This document shows, one piece after another, positions 1 to 11,217 of a DNA stretch of 64,000 nucleotides. Source of the DNA: Basidiobolus meristosporus CBS 931.73 (lineage: Eukaryota; Fungi; Basidiobolomycota); NCBI GenBank assembly GCA_002104905.1, contig MCFE01000367.1:1-64000 (forward strand), read 5' to 3'. Below the pieces are notes generated by a model. That model was given only the letters and a program-made list of their open reading frames with translations, had not been told where the DNA came from and did not search any database. How positions within the stretch are numbered: the stretch's first letter is position 1; each line of letters starts with the position of its first letter. Made by a program: the position numbers and the translations under genes.

Positions 1-682
1 CAGAGCTAACCCAACTCCCCCGGAAGATGCTTAACTTCCTGTCTAACCTAACCATCATGGAGGCCATGACAGCATTTTAATTGCGTTTCACCATATCTCC
101 GATTGGCCTCCGAACTAAGTTCGATACGTGTCTTCCTAATACTCCACTGGAATGAAGTCATTCGATGGAGATCTAGCGATGTCACTCTCAGTGGACAAAC
201 AATCATGATGATTGTTGGTAAACTAATCGAGGATGTATTGTCTTAGATGATTGCGACTCGGGCTGGCAATCGATCTTCGGATGGATTAGTAATACATGCT
301 GTGAGAACTAACGATTCAATTAGGTACCATCCCTCTAGTTATCTGGATGATTTTCGGCTTGGGAATCGAGCAAACGTGCAGTAAGATAGGATTTCAGGGA
401 GACGCTTTAAGGGGAAATCGGCGACAAGGACGAAATCACTACCGTCTTACCAAAACGGGTCAGTCATGTTACAGATGGGAAAGAAATGCCAATTGTCATC
501 CACAGCATCACATCATCGGCCACGATTTTTTGCTCATACAAAAACCAGTCGAATTCGCTTCCCGATCTCATTAAATTCTTTCCCTCTCACCATCCTCTCC
601 TCCACCGACAACCTTCTCGAACATCCACTCGAACTTCCTTCCAATTTCCTTTCCCATCGAGTCTCCCGAGGAATCAACTAGT

Positions 683-1678
683 ATGATGCTGACTGCTGAC
701 ATTGTTAACGGTGCTGTGCGTGTGCTCAAGGAAGAGGGGAGCGCCATTCTTGATTGTGCCGAGCGTATCAACCAGGACCCCGAGTCCTTCAGTAAAGTGA
801 TCCTTCTCATGCAGAAGTGTCTCGACAAGGGCGGGAAAATCGTGGTCACCGGCGTGGGCAAGTCCGGAAAGATCGGTCAAAAGATTACCGCTACCCTACA
901 GAGCACAGGAAGCCTCGCGGTGTTTCTACACCCAACCGAGGGGCTGCACGGTGACCTCGGGCTGGTACAGCCCAAGGATGTGGTCCTCGCGCTCAGCTAT
1001 ACGGGCAACACGGAGGAATTGTTGCGGGTCGTCCCCTCCTTCAAAAAGCGGAATGTCATCCTTGTCGGCTTGGGCGGTAACAAGAACTCTTTGTTGGCCC
1101 AGGAATGTGACGCCTGGCTGGACGGATACGTGAAGTCCGAGGTTTGCACCCATGTCCCCGCCCCCACCTCCTCAACCACAGTAGCCCTGGCGCTCGGAGA
1201 TGCCATCGCTATATCACTTATGCAGCTGAGAGCTTTCAACGCACAACATTTCGCCTTGAACCATCCCGGCGGTTCGCTCGGTAGGAAGCTGACCCTCAAA
1301 GTGAAGGACGTGATGCACACGTTCGAAGAGGTCCCAATCGTCAGCCAGGATACCGCGGTAAACGAGGTACTCACCCTGTCGATGCGTAAGAAGTGTGGCA
1401 GTGTATTGGTCCTGGACGAAGCGGGAGAATCGGTTATCGGGGTGATCACTGACGGAGACATCCGACGCGCATTAGAGTTTCGAGAGCAGATCTTTCAATT
1501 GCAGGCAAAGCACATCATGACCCTTGATCCGGTGGTCTGCTCCACCGAGGACATGGCTAGCGAAGCGCTGAGGTTGATGAAGGAGCGAGAAACACCAATC
1601 AGTGTATTGCCAGTCCTCGACAAATTCAACAAGCTGCGAGGTCTGATCACCGCGAAGCAATTGGCGAAGACGTTCTAA
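683..1678 (+). CDS. kpsF: KpsF/GutQ/KdsD-family arabinose-5-phosphate isomerase-like protein (SIS domain + tandem CBS domains), intronless
   Basis: 331-aa ORF with family motifs GVGKSG, HPTEGLHGDLG, SYTGNTEE, PTSSTT, GDA and HPGGSLG, followed by a CBS pair (GVITDGDIRR, LPVLD..GLIT). CpG-rich, unlike the repeat block. Confidence 0.92.
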   Translation: MMLTADIVNGAVRVLKEEGSAILDCAERINQDPESFSKVILLMQKCLDKGGKIVVTGVGKSGKIGQKITATLQSTGSLAVFLHPTEGLHGDLGLVQPKDVVLALSYTGNTEELLRVVPSFKKRNVILVGLGGNKNSLLAQECDAWLDGYVKSEVCTHVPAPTSSTTVALALGDAIAISLMQLRAFNAQHFALNHPGGSLGRKLTLKVKDVMHTFEEVPIVSQDTAVNEVLTLSMRKKCGSVLVLDEAGESVIGVITDGDIRRALEFREQIFQLQAKHIMTLDPVVCSTEDMASEALRLMKERETPISVLPVLDKFNKLRGLITAKQLAKTF

Positions 1679-1701
1679 GCGAATTCTGAGAATCGAATGT
1701 T

Positions 1702-1741
1702 CCCGTCCCCCACCTTCCCCTTCTCCCTCCCCCTCCCCCAC
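1702..1741. repeat. C-rich polypyrimidine tract just downstream of the kpsF-like stop (G-runs on the minus strand)
   Basis: cccgtcccccaccttccccttctccctccccctccccc; it explains the spurious GEGEGEGEGGG minus-strand ORF. Confidence 0.8.
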
Positions 1742-3509
1742 TTGACCCTGTAACCTAGAAATAATGCACCCATACCTGCCCACACAAACCATGTACATAT
1801 TAGTTGGACTGAAGGTTTCCATTTTCAAATACATTTACTTCGGTTTCCATATATAACACCACCACCCCAGCACACTCCCCATGATTGGATCTGACCGTGA
1901 GAGCGCCATATGCGGTTGAGCACAGCACCAGATATGGATGGATAGACGGAGATGATCCTAATTTCAAACTGACCGAGGTGATCCTAATTTCAATTTCTCC
2001 ATAACTGCCCCTGAACATATCCGATTCCACTAGTGGCGGACTTCTTGGAACCTTCCTCCGAGATCCGATAAGCCCTGGCTGCGGCCTCGAGAATCCCATG
2101 AATACCTCGTTCATACCGATGATTTCCCGATACATGATTCCGTGATGCATGATCGATTACTTGCCACTCATTCCCTCCAACTAGTTCCCTTGCAAGCGCC
2201 TCCTTTCATGGTCACTGCGCTTCAACGGATCAGTTCGTGTGCGGTGATTGTTCCATCCTGATACCGCCCCCAAGCCCTGCTCGCAACGTCATGTCGACCG
2301 AGAAGCATGTGTGTTACCAGGTCGTTGGTTTTCCAGCTTTAGCGTATGTCGCGTCGTCACACTGAGCCATGCTCCCTGAGATCCACTGGTACGCATTTCC
2401 GAGCGCATATATTGAGGTGCCACCATGCGGATTTTTGGTGAGGAGATTTTGATGGTAAATCGGACTCCGATCCTGACCCAACTGCCGCAGCGTCCCGCAT
2501 TGGACCATGTCATTGTTTTCGGATGGCGCCTTTCTTTCACGGTATGACTGCATATTCTAACTGCACCTTCATAGCAAATGAGTACTCCCTTGTGTGGCAC
2601 CTGGTGGGCTCTTCGTCGTGATGTTCGGAAAATCCCCGTTCCCGGGATCCCCGTCCAGTATATTTGGCCATTGGGTCTACATCCAACATCCCCTACGTTT
2701 TCTTGAGGTGCACCAGGGCACATGTTCACCCGACTTGAAACAGGAACTTACTGAATGATACCAAATAGTCCAATATTACAACACTCCCGCTCAATTAAAT
2801 GATTTCTTATTCCCAGTTTCTCTCTGGAATTATCAAACTGTGGCATAGCAAGTAATTTTGTGAGTGAATCTGCCCCCATTCTATCAGTTGGGAAGTAAAT
2901 TAACTCTACTAAGTTACTTGGTACAGCTTCCCTTGCAAAGTTGTATCGTATATCTATGTTCTTAGTTCAGGAATTATTAGCAGCATTCCTAGCTAATGGA
3001 ATAGAACTATGATTATCCTTGTAAAGCCAGTTGGCTCATCTCAACTAAAAGCTAAGTCTTAAATGAGTTGTCTAACCATATAGCCTCCTTAGTTGCTTGA
3101 TAAACAGCCACATATTCTGCCTCATTTATTGATAGTGTCACAGATGGTTGTTTGTTGCAACTCCCGGTAATAGCTGCACCAGCATACAGAATAAATACCT
3201 GGTGTTAGAGCATCTGTCAAGCAGATCCCTACCCAAATCTGAATCACTTTTGCCATTAGATTTTTGCCAATCTGCTGCTCCAGATTATTCCAGTGCCATA
3301 TTCATGGTACCTTGCAGATATCTGCAGATTTGATTAACTACTGTAACAGTACTAATACATAATTCTGCATTAGTTGACTGCCTAATCCCTCTGCCACAGC
3401 AATACCTGGATGTATACTCTTTGGTATCTCAACAGTGGCCAAGAAAGATCCCTTTTCTGCTTTTTGGCTCTAACTGTCAGAGTTTTTCTGAAAGAGATGA
3501 GATAGAAAC

Positions 3510-6500
3510 TGTTGTAAAAATTTGTAATTCCACCTAAATATTCACCTAACTTAGTCACTTAGATCATTACCCTTAAATCCTAGAGAATACTGACCAAATT
3601 CCTAGTCGGGATTTACTTAGAATATTTACCCAGAACATGAAAATTAGATAAGTTGTCCAAACAGCCCCAAAATTTGCGCACATGTTCTTAGGACCTTGCT
3701 TAACCTATTCTACGTGTTTGTAATGCCAAGACCAGGTAAAAGTATAAATACCACTTTTACATTCAATAAATCATTAAGTGAAAACCACATAATCTACTTG
3801 TTCTCCCAATCACTTCCAATATCTCCAAGACTGTTACAACAGGTTATGAGCCCCAAGCTGTCACTCTCTGCAATGTCTACTACTGCTATTACTGGAATTT
3901 TTCCCTCTGCTGAAAAGTTGGATGGCTCTTACTACCAAGTGTGGAAGGTGAAGATGAAGATGCTGCAACAAGAAAGAGGCCTTTGGGATATTGTCATGGG
4001 AGAAGAATGCCCTCCTAAAAACGTGGGAGAGGAAGCCTTAAAGTACCAGAAAAAAGAACAAAGTGCCTTTAACTGCATTTGCCATAATGTCAAGGACAAA
4101 TTGCTAATTAAATGCTCAAGAGCAAAAACAGCAAAGAATGCCTGGAAGGCATTAGAAGACACCCACCAGTCATGTTCAGCTGCCAAGAAAATGTATCTGA
4201 GAAGAAAATTCTTTACTACAAAGATGCTGCCAGGAGAAGAAATGAAAAATCTAATTAACAGAATTACCCTGCTGGTAGATGAGATGGAATCTGTGGGCAT
4301 ACCAACTACTGATGAGGATGTGATAGTTACCATCCTGAATAGCCTGACAGACGAGTTTCAGGGCCTTGTATCAGCCCTAGAGTCCAGAACTGAAGATTTG
4401 ACCTTAAATTACGTATATGGAAGGCTCCTGGATGAAGAATTAAGAAAATCAAGCGCCAATAAGAAGGAAGAAGAAAATGCTTTAATAAGCAATGATAACC
4501 AACAAAGGAGGTACCCAAGACCCTACAAAGGCAACAGCAACCTATTTTGCAACTACTGCAAAAGGAAAGGACACACATCAGACCGGTGTTTCAAAAAGAA
4601 AGATAATCAGCAAAAGAAGCCTGAATATGGAAATGCTGCAACAACTGAAGATAGACTATTCATATCTGCACCAAATATGACCACAAACAAGGATTCTCAG
4701 ACGTGGTATATTGACTCTGGAGCTTCTCAACACTTTACACACCAAAAAGAACTTTTTACCCAATATCAAGAAATTCCAATTAAGAAGGTTTTCATGGGTG
4801 ATGATAGAACCCTTGATGCAGTGGGAGAAGGAACTATCCAAGTAAACCTTAGAAGCAGTGAAGGAAGCCATACACTGACCTTTAAAGAAGTACTCTTTGT
4901 ACCAGAAATAGCCAAGAACCTACTCTCTGTAAGCAAGGCCACAGCAGAAGGACTCAGTTTCAGTTTTGACAATTCTGGATGCAGGATCACTGATCAAAAT
5001 GGTGCTCATATTGCTTTGGGCATCAGAGATCAGAATCTATACAAGTTGACTTATATTCCATCATATCTGGAAGCCAATATAAGTAACTTAAATGAAGAAA
5101 CACCAATGCTTTGGCACAGGAGATTTGGGCACATCAATTCTGATTATTTGCGCAAAATGATCAATGATCAGCTAATTTCTGGAGTGAAAATTGATCCCCC
5201 AGCTAATTTGGAGCACTGTGAAGCCTGCATATATGGGAAACATGCCAGACAACTGTTCAAGGGCTCTGGGTTAATCAAAACTAAGAAAAAATTAGATCTA
5301 ATTCACTCAGATCTGTGTGGACCTATGCAAAATTTATCCTTAGGCGGGATGAAGTACTTAATCACTTTTATTGATGATTATACAAGATACACATGGGTCT
5401 ACTTCATGGAGAGAAAGGAAGAAGCTCTGTCTAAGTTCAGGGAGTTTAAAGCCATGGTGGAGAGAGAAACTGGTGAAAAAATCAAGAAAATACGCTCTGA
5501 CAATGGTGGAGAATATACCTCAAAACTCTTCATCCACTTCTGCAAAATTCATGGGATAAAGCAAGAGACTACTGCACCATACTCCCCACAGCAAAATGGA
5601 GTAGCAGAACAAGCTAACAGATCAACAATTGACATGGCAAGATCTATGATCCATGATCAAAAATTATCCTATGATTTTTGGGTGGAATCAGTTGCCACTG
5701 CTGTATATTGTAAAAATAGGAGTTATAACAGAATACTTCGTGATTTTACTCCATTTGAAGCATGGTATGGATACAGATCAAGTGCAGAACATCTAAGAAT
5801 ATTTGGGTGTACAGCATATGCCAAAAAACTGGCCGGAAATCAGTCAAAATTTGAGCCAAAAAGTGTAAAATGCATATTTTTGGGCTACTGCAATGAGAGT
5901 AAGGCATACAGACTCTACAATACCAAAGCAAAGAAGCTTATCAAGTCCAGGGATGTGTTGTTTGATGAAAATTCAAAATTTGCACAAAAAATGACATCAG
6001 ATGATGATGAAAATTTGATCTCAAGTCCACCAATTGTCAGGATTGAATCAGAGCAAAACAATGAAAATTTTTTCACTCCAGAGGACTCTACAACCGTGGT
6101 TCAGCCAGAATCAGTGCCCAGGAATATCCCAGAAGAGATCATTCCAGTATCAAATGCCCGGAGATCCAATCATACAAGAAATAGCCCAAATTACTATATC
6201 AACAAGGGTACAAACTTAGCCTATGCCTATTCAGTCCATATTGATGAACCCCAGACTGTAAAAGAGGCCCTAAATAGCCCTCAGACAAAGTTTTGGAGAT
6301 CTGCAATGACTGAGGAATATCAGGCCCTGATGGAAAATCAAACTTGGGACATAGTCAAATTACCAATCAACCAAAAATCAATTGGATGCAGATGGGTCTT
6401 CAAGACAAAATACAAGGCTGATGGTACAATTGAAAGATACAAAGCAAGACTTGTAGCCAAAGGATACTCTCAAACAAAAGGACTTGACTATACTGAGACC

Positions 6501-8177
6501 TTTGCACCGGTAGCCAAGTTTAATTCCATCAGATTAATATTGGCTATTGCAGCCAAATATAAGTTTTTTATTCATCAAATGGATGTAAAAACTGCATTTT
6601 TGAATGGAGAACTTGATGAGGATGTGTATATGGACCAGCCTGATGGGTTTGTTGACCAAGATAATCCCCATTTGGTCTGCAAGCTTAAAAAGTCACTATA
6701 TGGTCTCAAACAATCACCAAGAGCCTGGAATTGCAAGATAGATTCTTATTTGGAATCTTTGAGTTTCAAAAGAAGTAATGCTGACTATAGTATATACTAT
6801 AAGCCAGATAGAGCAAATCCAGTTCTATTAGCTCTAAATGTAGATGATCTTATTATAGCCACCAATAACCTAGAAACATTGGAAGAGACTAAATCCAGCC
6901 TATCTAAGGAGTTCAAGATGTCCAATCTAGGAGAACTTAGTTACTACTTAGGGATTAAGTTCTCCATAGACAGAAGTACCCAGACCATCACCCTAAGTCA
7001 ATCCAAGTATACTCAAGATATACTAAAGAAGTACAAAATGGAAGACTGTAAACTGGCAGCTACCCCAATGGAGACAAACCATAACTTGGTCAAAACTCAA
7101 CCAAATCAAGAGAGCTTGGTCCCATCTGAAAGACCTGACTTTCCTTATCAATCTATAGTCAGCAGTCTGATGTATATCATGCTTGGAACACGTCCAGATA
7201 TCTCATATTCAGTGGGAGTTGTCAGCCAACATAATCAGAACTAAGGATCTGATCATATTGCAGCAGTTAAGCGGATTTTTAGATACCTAAAAGGAACTGC
7301 TGATATCTGCTTAAGATACACTTATAATGATTCAGAACAGGATCTTGTGGGATACTCTGATGCTGATTGGGGACAAAATTTGGAAGACAGAAGATCCACC
7401 ACAGGATACACCTTTCTTTACTGTAAAGGAGCAATTTCATGGATTTCAAGAAAGCAACCAACCGTAGCACTTTCTACTACAGAGGCAGAATACATGGCAG
7501 CCTGTGAAGCTACAAAAGAAGCAATGTGGTTAAGAAAGCTCTTTACAGATTTAGGCCTATGTCAAAAAACACCTATTACTTTATTTCAAGATAATCAAGG
7601 ATGTATACAATTATGTAGAAATACAACTTTTCATGCTAGAACCAAGCACATAGATATTAGACATCATTTCATATGTGAAGCTACAGAGAATAGCTTAGTT
7701 AGCTTAGTTAACTGTCCTACAGATGAAATGATTGCAGACATATATACCTAACCATTAGCTAGAGACAAGTTTGAATATCTTAGGTCAAAATTAGGACTAG
7801 TCAGTAGGAACATTTAGCTGAGTGGAAGTGTTGTAAAAATTTGTATTTCCACCTAAATATTCACCTAACTTAGTCACTTAGATCATCACCTTCAAATCCT
7901 AGAGAATACTGACCAAATTCCTTGTTTGGATTTACTTAGAATATTTTCACCAAAATACCAGGTACCCAGAACATGAAAATTCTCAAAGTTGTCCAAACAG
8001 CCCCAAAATTTGCACACATGTTCTTGGGACCTTCCTTAACCTATTCTACGTGTTTGTAATGCCAAGACCAGGTAAAAGTATAAATACCACCTTTACATTC
8101 AATAAATCATTAAGTGAAAACCACATAATCTACTTGTTCTCCCAATCACTTCCAATATCTCCAAGACTCTTACAACA
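3510..8177 (+). mobile_element. Full-length Ty1/copia LTR retrotransposon, family A (copy A1)
   Basis: LTRs 3510-3841 and 7829-8177 (TGTTG...CAACA); 5-bp TSD GAAAC at 3505-3509 and 8178-8182; PBS GGTTATGAGCCC 3842-3853; PPT GAGTGGAAG 7820-7828. Inserted in the integrase region of B1. Confidence 0.97.
3846..7817 (+). pseudogene. copia gag-pol polyprotein of A1 (gag, CCHC knuckle, protease, integrase, RT, RNase H) with two in-frame stops
   Basis: One reading frame of 1324 codons: CNYCKRKGHTSDRC, WYIDSGAS, HRRFGH..CEAC, SDNGGEY, YKARLVAKGY, QMDVKTAFLNG, YSDADW, TKHIDIRHHF. Stops TAA at 7242-7244 and 7749-7751; the RT motif reads NVDD. Confidence 0.93.
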
Positions 8178-10189
8178 GAAACATCACTGCCAAAGATCAT
8201 GAAGTGCAGGAGGACTGGCACAATCAGCAATTCCACTTTGCTGCAGAGTATGTGGAGCAGTGGTATGTTGAAGGATACCAGTAGATGAGCAGTACTGTGC
8301 AAACTCCTTAAGACAGTATTCCCCTCCATTTTTGCTTTTAAGTTCCCTCAATTTACACCCAGTTTGTGTTTCTGCCATGTTCTTGAAGTGCTCAAACATA
8401 TCCAGGTCTCATCATTTGTCTCAAGAAGTATACCCATGTTTATTTTGTCTTGTCATCAATAAGCATTATGAAGTATCTCCTGGCTCCAAAAGACAGTGCT
8501 CTCATGGGCCCACATTTGTAGAAGTGCACAATAGCCAGTATTTTGGTGGTGTTAATGCCATCTGAGCTCCTGAAACATTGCCTAGCTTGCTTGCCATATG
8601 AAGATCCCTTACAGATATGTAATTTGATTGGAATTGAGTGATTTAGGTCCTGAACAAGCTGGTTTCTGACCAATTGGCCTATTTTCTATTCCCAATATGT
8701 TGTAGTCTCCTATGCCTTGACTCCCATGCAGTTTCATTAGCTTCAACCATGTTAGCTTACTCAGGTACATGGGTCTTGCATTAAAACTTGTATATATTAT
8801 GATGTCTGATTCTCAAACTAATTTTTTTCCATTTTCACTCATTATTGCATAGCTCAGCTTAGTAAAAGCAAGTTTCAGTCCCTGAGTAGTTGGTTTACTC
8901 ACTGAGAGTAGGTTCTTAGTTATCCCAGGCACATAGAGTATATAATACTATTTTGCTGTCTTTGCCGCTGCAATGCTACCCATACATAGCTGTAAAAACC
9001 CAGTGGAGGTAGCTTCCAGTGCAAAGTTGTCTCCCGGATAAGCCTTTCTTGTGGGAATAGTCTTCAAGATGTTAATCCACTCTCTACACCACAAATATGC
9101 TGTGATGCTCCGGAGTCAATATACCACTCATTACTACAGTAACTTGCACTCTCTTGTACTGTTACAAATAATAGCTCATTTGTAGTTGTATGGTTTGCCA
9201 GTTCTAGTTCCTGCTTTTTTCTGCTTGCTTCTTGCATTCTTTGCACCAGTGTCCTGGCTTCTCACAGTAGTTATAGCAACCAGGTTTTCTTTGGTTTTGT
9301 TGTTTCCCCTTCTTTAATGTGTGCCTTTCTGAGCTGAATAAAGCTTTATCTTCAATTTCCTTTGCTTGGTCATTGCATCTGAGTTCTTGATGAAGGAGTC
9401 TACCATTGGCATAATCTAATGTCAGATTGTCTTCTTTGCTTGCAATAGAAAGTATCAGTGGCTCATACATGTTTGGCAAACTGCAAAGCAGACTGAGCAT
9501 CTTTTCTTTATCATATACATTAGTATTGATACTGTAAGGTTCTTCTGCAAGTGTTTTCATTCAGGTAATTAGTTGTAGCATGTTATCCTCTGGCTTCTTT
9601 GTCATGATGAAGAGCTATATTTTCAAATAAGGCTTGCTTGATACTGACTTTTCTCTAACAATCTTCTCTAAGGATTCCCATGCTGCTTTGGCTATATTAG
9701 GAGCATGAATTTGTCCAATGAAGGAATCTTGCACAGTCACACATATGGCATTATAGGCTTTTCTCTCCTTCTCTTGAGACTTTTCAACTTCTTCTGCTGT
9801 TCCCTTGAGCTCAACTTCCTTACCTGTCATTATATTCCAAGGCATTCTATCCTCAAGGTGGATCTCCATCTTGATTCTCCAAGGTCTGTGGATCTTCCCA
9901 TCAAACCCCTCCTTTACAGGGAAGATGGTTGTACTGTTCTGTTTACTGATAGATTTCATCATTATAATAGATTAAGGGAATTAGGGCTCATAAACTGTTG
10001 AGTTAGATCAAAATGTTTGGTAAATGTTCTAATCTGATCTGGACTTTTGGGGAATAATAGGATCATAGACCTGAAAGAAAGTGGCAAAGTAAGGGCTTTA
10101 GATTAGTCTGTCAGTGCTCAAGACTAGTCCAGAACTGTCAAGTAAACATTTAGCTGCTAAAAGATACCAAATAGTCCAATATTTCAGCA

Positions 10190-10850
10190 GGATTTCCATA
10201 TTCAGGCTATTTGTGTAGATTGTGTCTCATTTGAAGTACCAGTGTAATATTTGTCCTTTCCTTTTGCTGTTATTGCAAAATAGGTTGCTTTTAAAGGGTC
10301 TTAGGTGCTTTTGTGGCTATTGTTACTTATTAAAGCATTGTCCAGGTCCTCCTTATTGGCATTTTAAATTCTTAATTCCATCTCCAGAAGGCTTTCATAT
10401 CTGTAATTTGATGTTAAGGTTTTAACTCTGGATCTTAGGGCTGATGCAAGGGCCTGGGACCTCTCTGTCAGGGTGCTGAAGAGGGTAACAAACACATCTA
10501 TATCAATGATTGATATGCCCACCAACTCTATCACATCAACTAGCTGAGCAATTGACTTGGTTTGATTATCCATTTTTCACCTGGCTACATCTCTGTAGGA
10601 GAGACCTTTCTCAAAGGTACAACTTCTTAGTTGCTGCACATGATAGGTAGGTGTCTACTAATGCCCCCATGCATTTTTTATCTTTCTTGCTTTTGAGCAT
10701 TGAATTACCTATCTGTCTGTAACATCAAGGTAAATATAGTAAAGGCACTTTGTTCCTTCTTCAAGCACTTGAAGGCTTCTTGTCCTACACCTTTGGAAAG
10801 TTGTTCTTCTCCCATAAAAAAATACCAGGGCCTCTTTCCTGCAGTAGCAT
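10190..10850 (-). pseudogene. Family A copia gag remnant
   Basis: Reverse complement matches A1 gag (aagcctgaatatggaaat; ALASALRSR.K.LT.NY ~ GLVSALESRTEDLTLNY). Confidence 0.7.
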
Positions 10851-10949
10851 CTTCATCTTGACCTCCCATACTTGATATTTGGATCTGTCCAACTTTTTGA
10901 CAAAGGAAAATCACAATGGTAGGACAGTAAGCTAAGATTACTAAGTTAT

Positions 10950-11205
10950 TTGCTCTAGCTTTGCATAATAATCAATGTCTGATATGTTTGTGCTTGAGTG
11001 TAGTGTAAAGTGGAACTTCTACACAGTTTTTTACATCCTTGATTATCATGAAATCATATTGTAGGAGCTTTTGTTACATCAGTGGTGGGCTTTGAAAGGC
11101 ACTCTTAACTATACTTCTTGTTTTGCTGTCTCACAGGCTGCCAAATAATCCACCTCTGTGTAGAAAATTGCTATGGTTGTTTGCTGTCTTGACTTCCATG
11201 ATATT
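10950..11205 (-). pseudogene. copia RNase H remnant
   Basis: The minus strand reads WKSRQQTTIAIFYTEVDYLAACETAKQEV, resembling the W.S+KQ.TVALST.EAEY.AA motif. Confidence 0.55.
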
Positions 11206-11217
11206 GATCCTTAACAG

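Larger units (their letters stand above)
2751..10189 (-). mobile_element. Degenerate, internally deleted Ty1/copia element, family B (copy B1), interrupted by element A1
   Basis: 3' LTR stub 2751-2783 next to PPT (rc GAGCGGGAG, 2784-2792); RNase H remnants ~2800-3400; integrase, protease and gag remnants 8183-9960 (QHTTAPHTLQQSGIA, WYIDSGASQHI, CYNYCEKPGHWCKEC); PBS 9984-9995; shortened 5' LTR 9996-10189. Confidence 0.85.

Noticed and set aside
347-1461. Short ORFs overlapping or antisense to the kpsF-like gene (e.g. 571-861, 926-1153, 997-1461)
   Set aside because: Shadow frames of a GC-rich CDS; no recognisable motifs.
1472-1834. Minus-strand 120-aa ORF with GEGEGEGEGGG
   Set aside because: Produced by the C-rich tract and antisense overlap.
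1800-2750. Possible spliced gene in the CpG-rich segment (intron-like gtgatc...ctag ~1978-2033 and gtatga...ctaac...tag ~2542-2574)
   Set aside because: No frame gave a recognisable protein and the splice signals are weak. Left uncalled; RNA-seq would decide.
3696-3845. Track start of the 1182-aa ORF at a TTG
   Set aside because: Lies inside the 5' LTR; the first plausible ATG is at 3846.
9996-10189. 194-bp short form of the B LTR as a distinct LTR class
   Set aside because: A single example, explicable as an internal deletion that kept the terminal CAACA; its partner LTR is too truncated to test.
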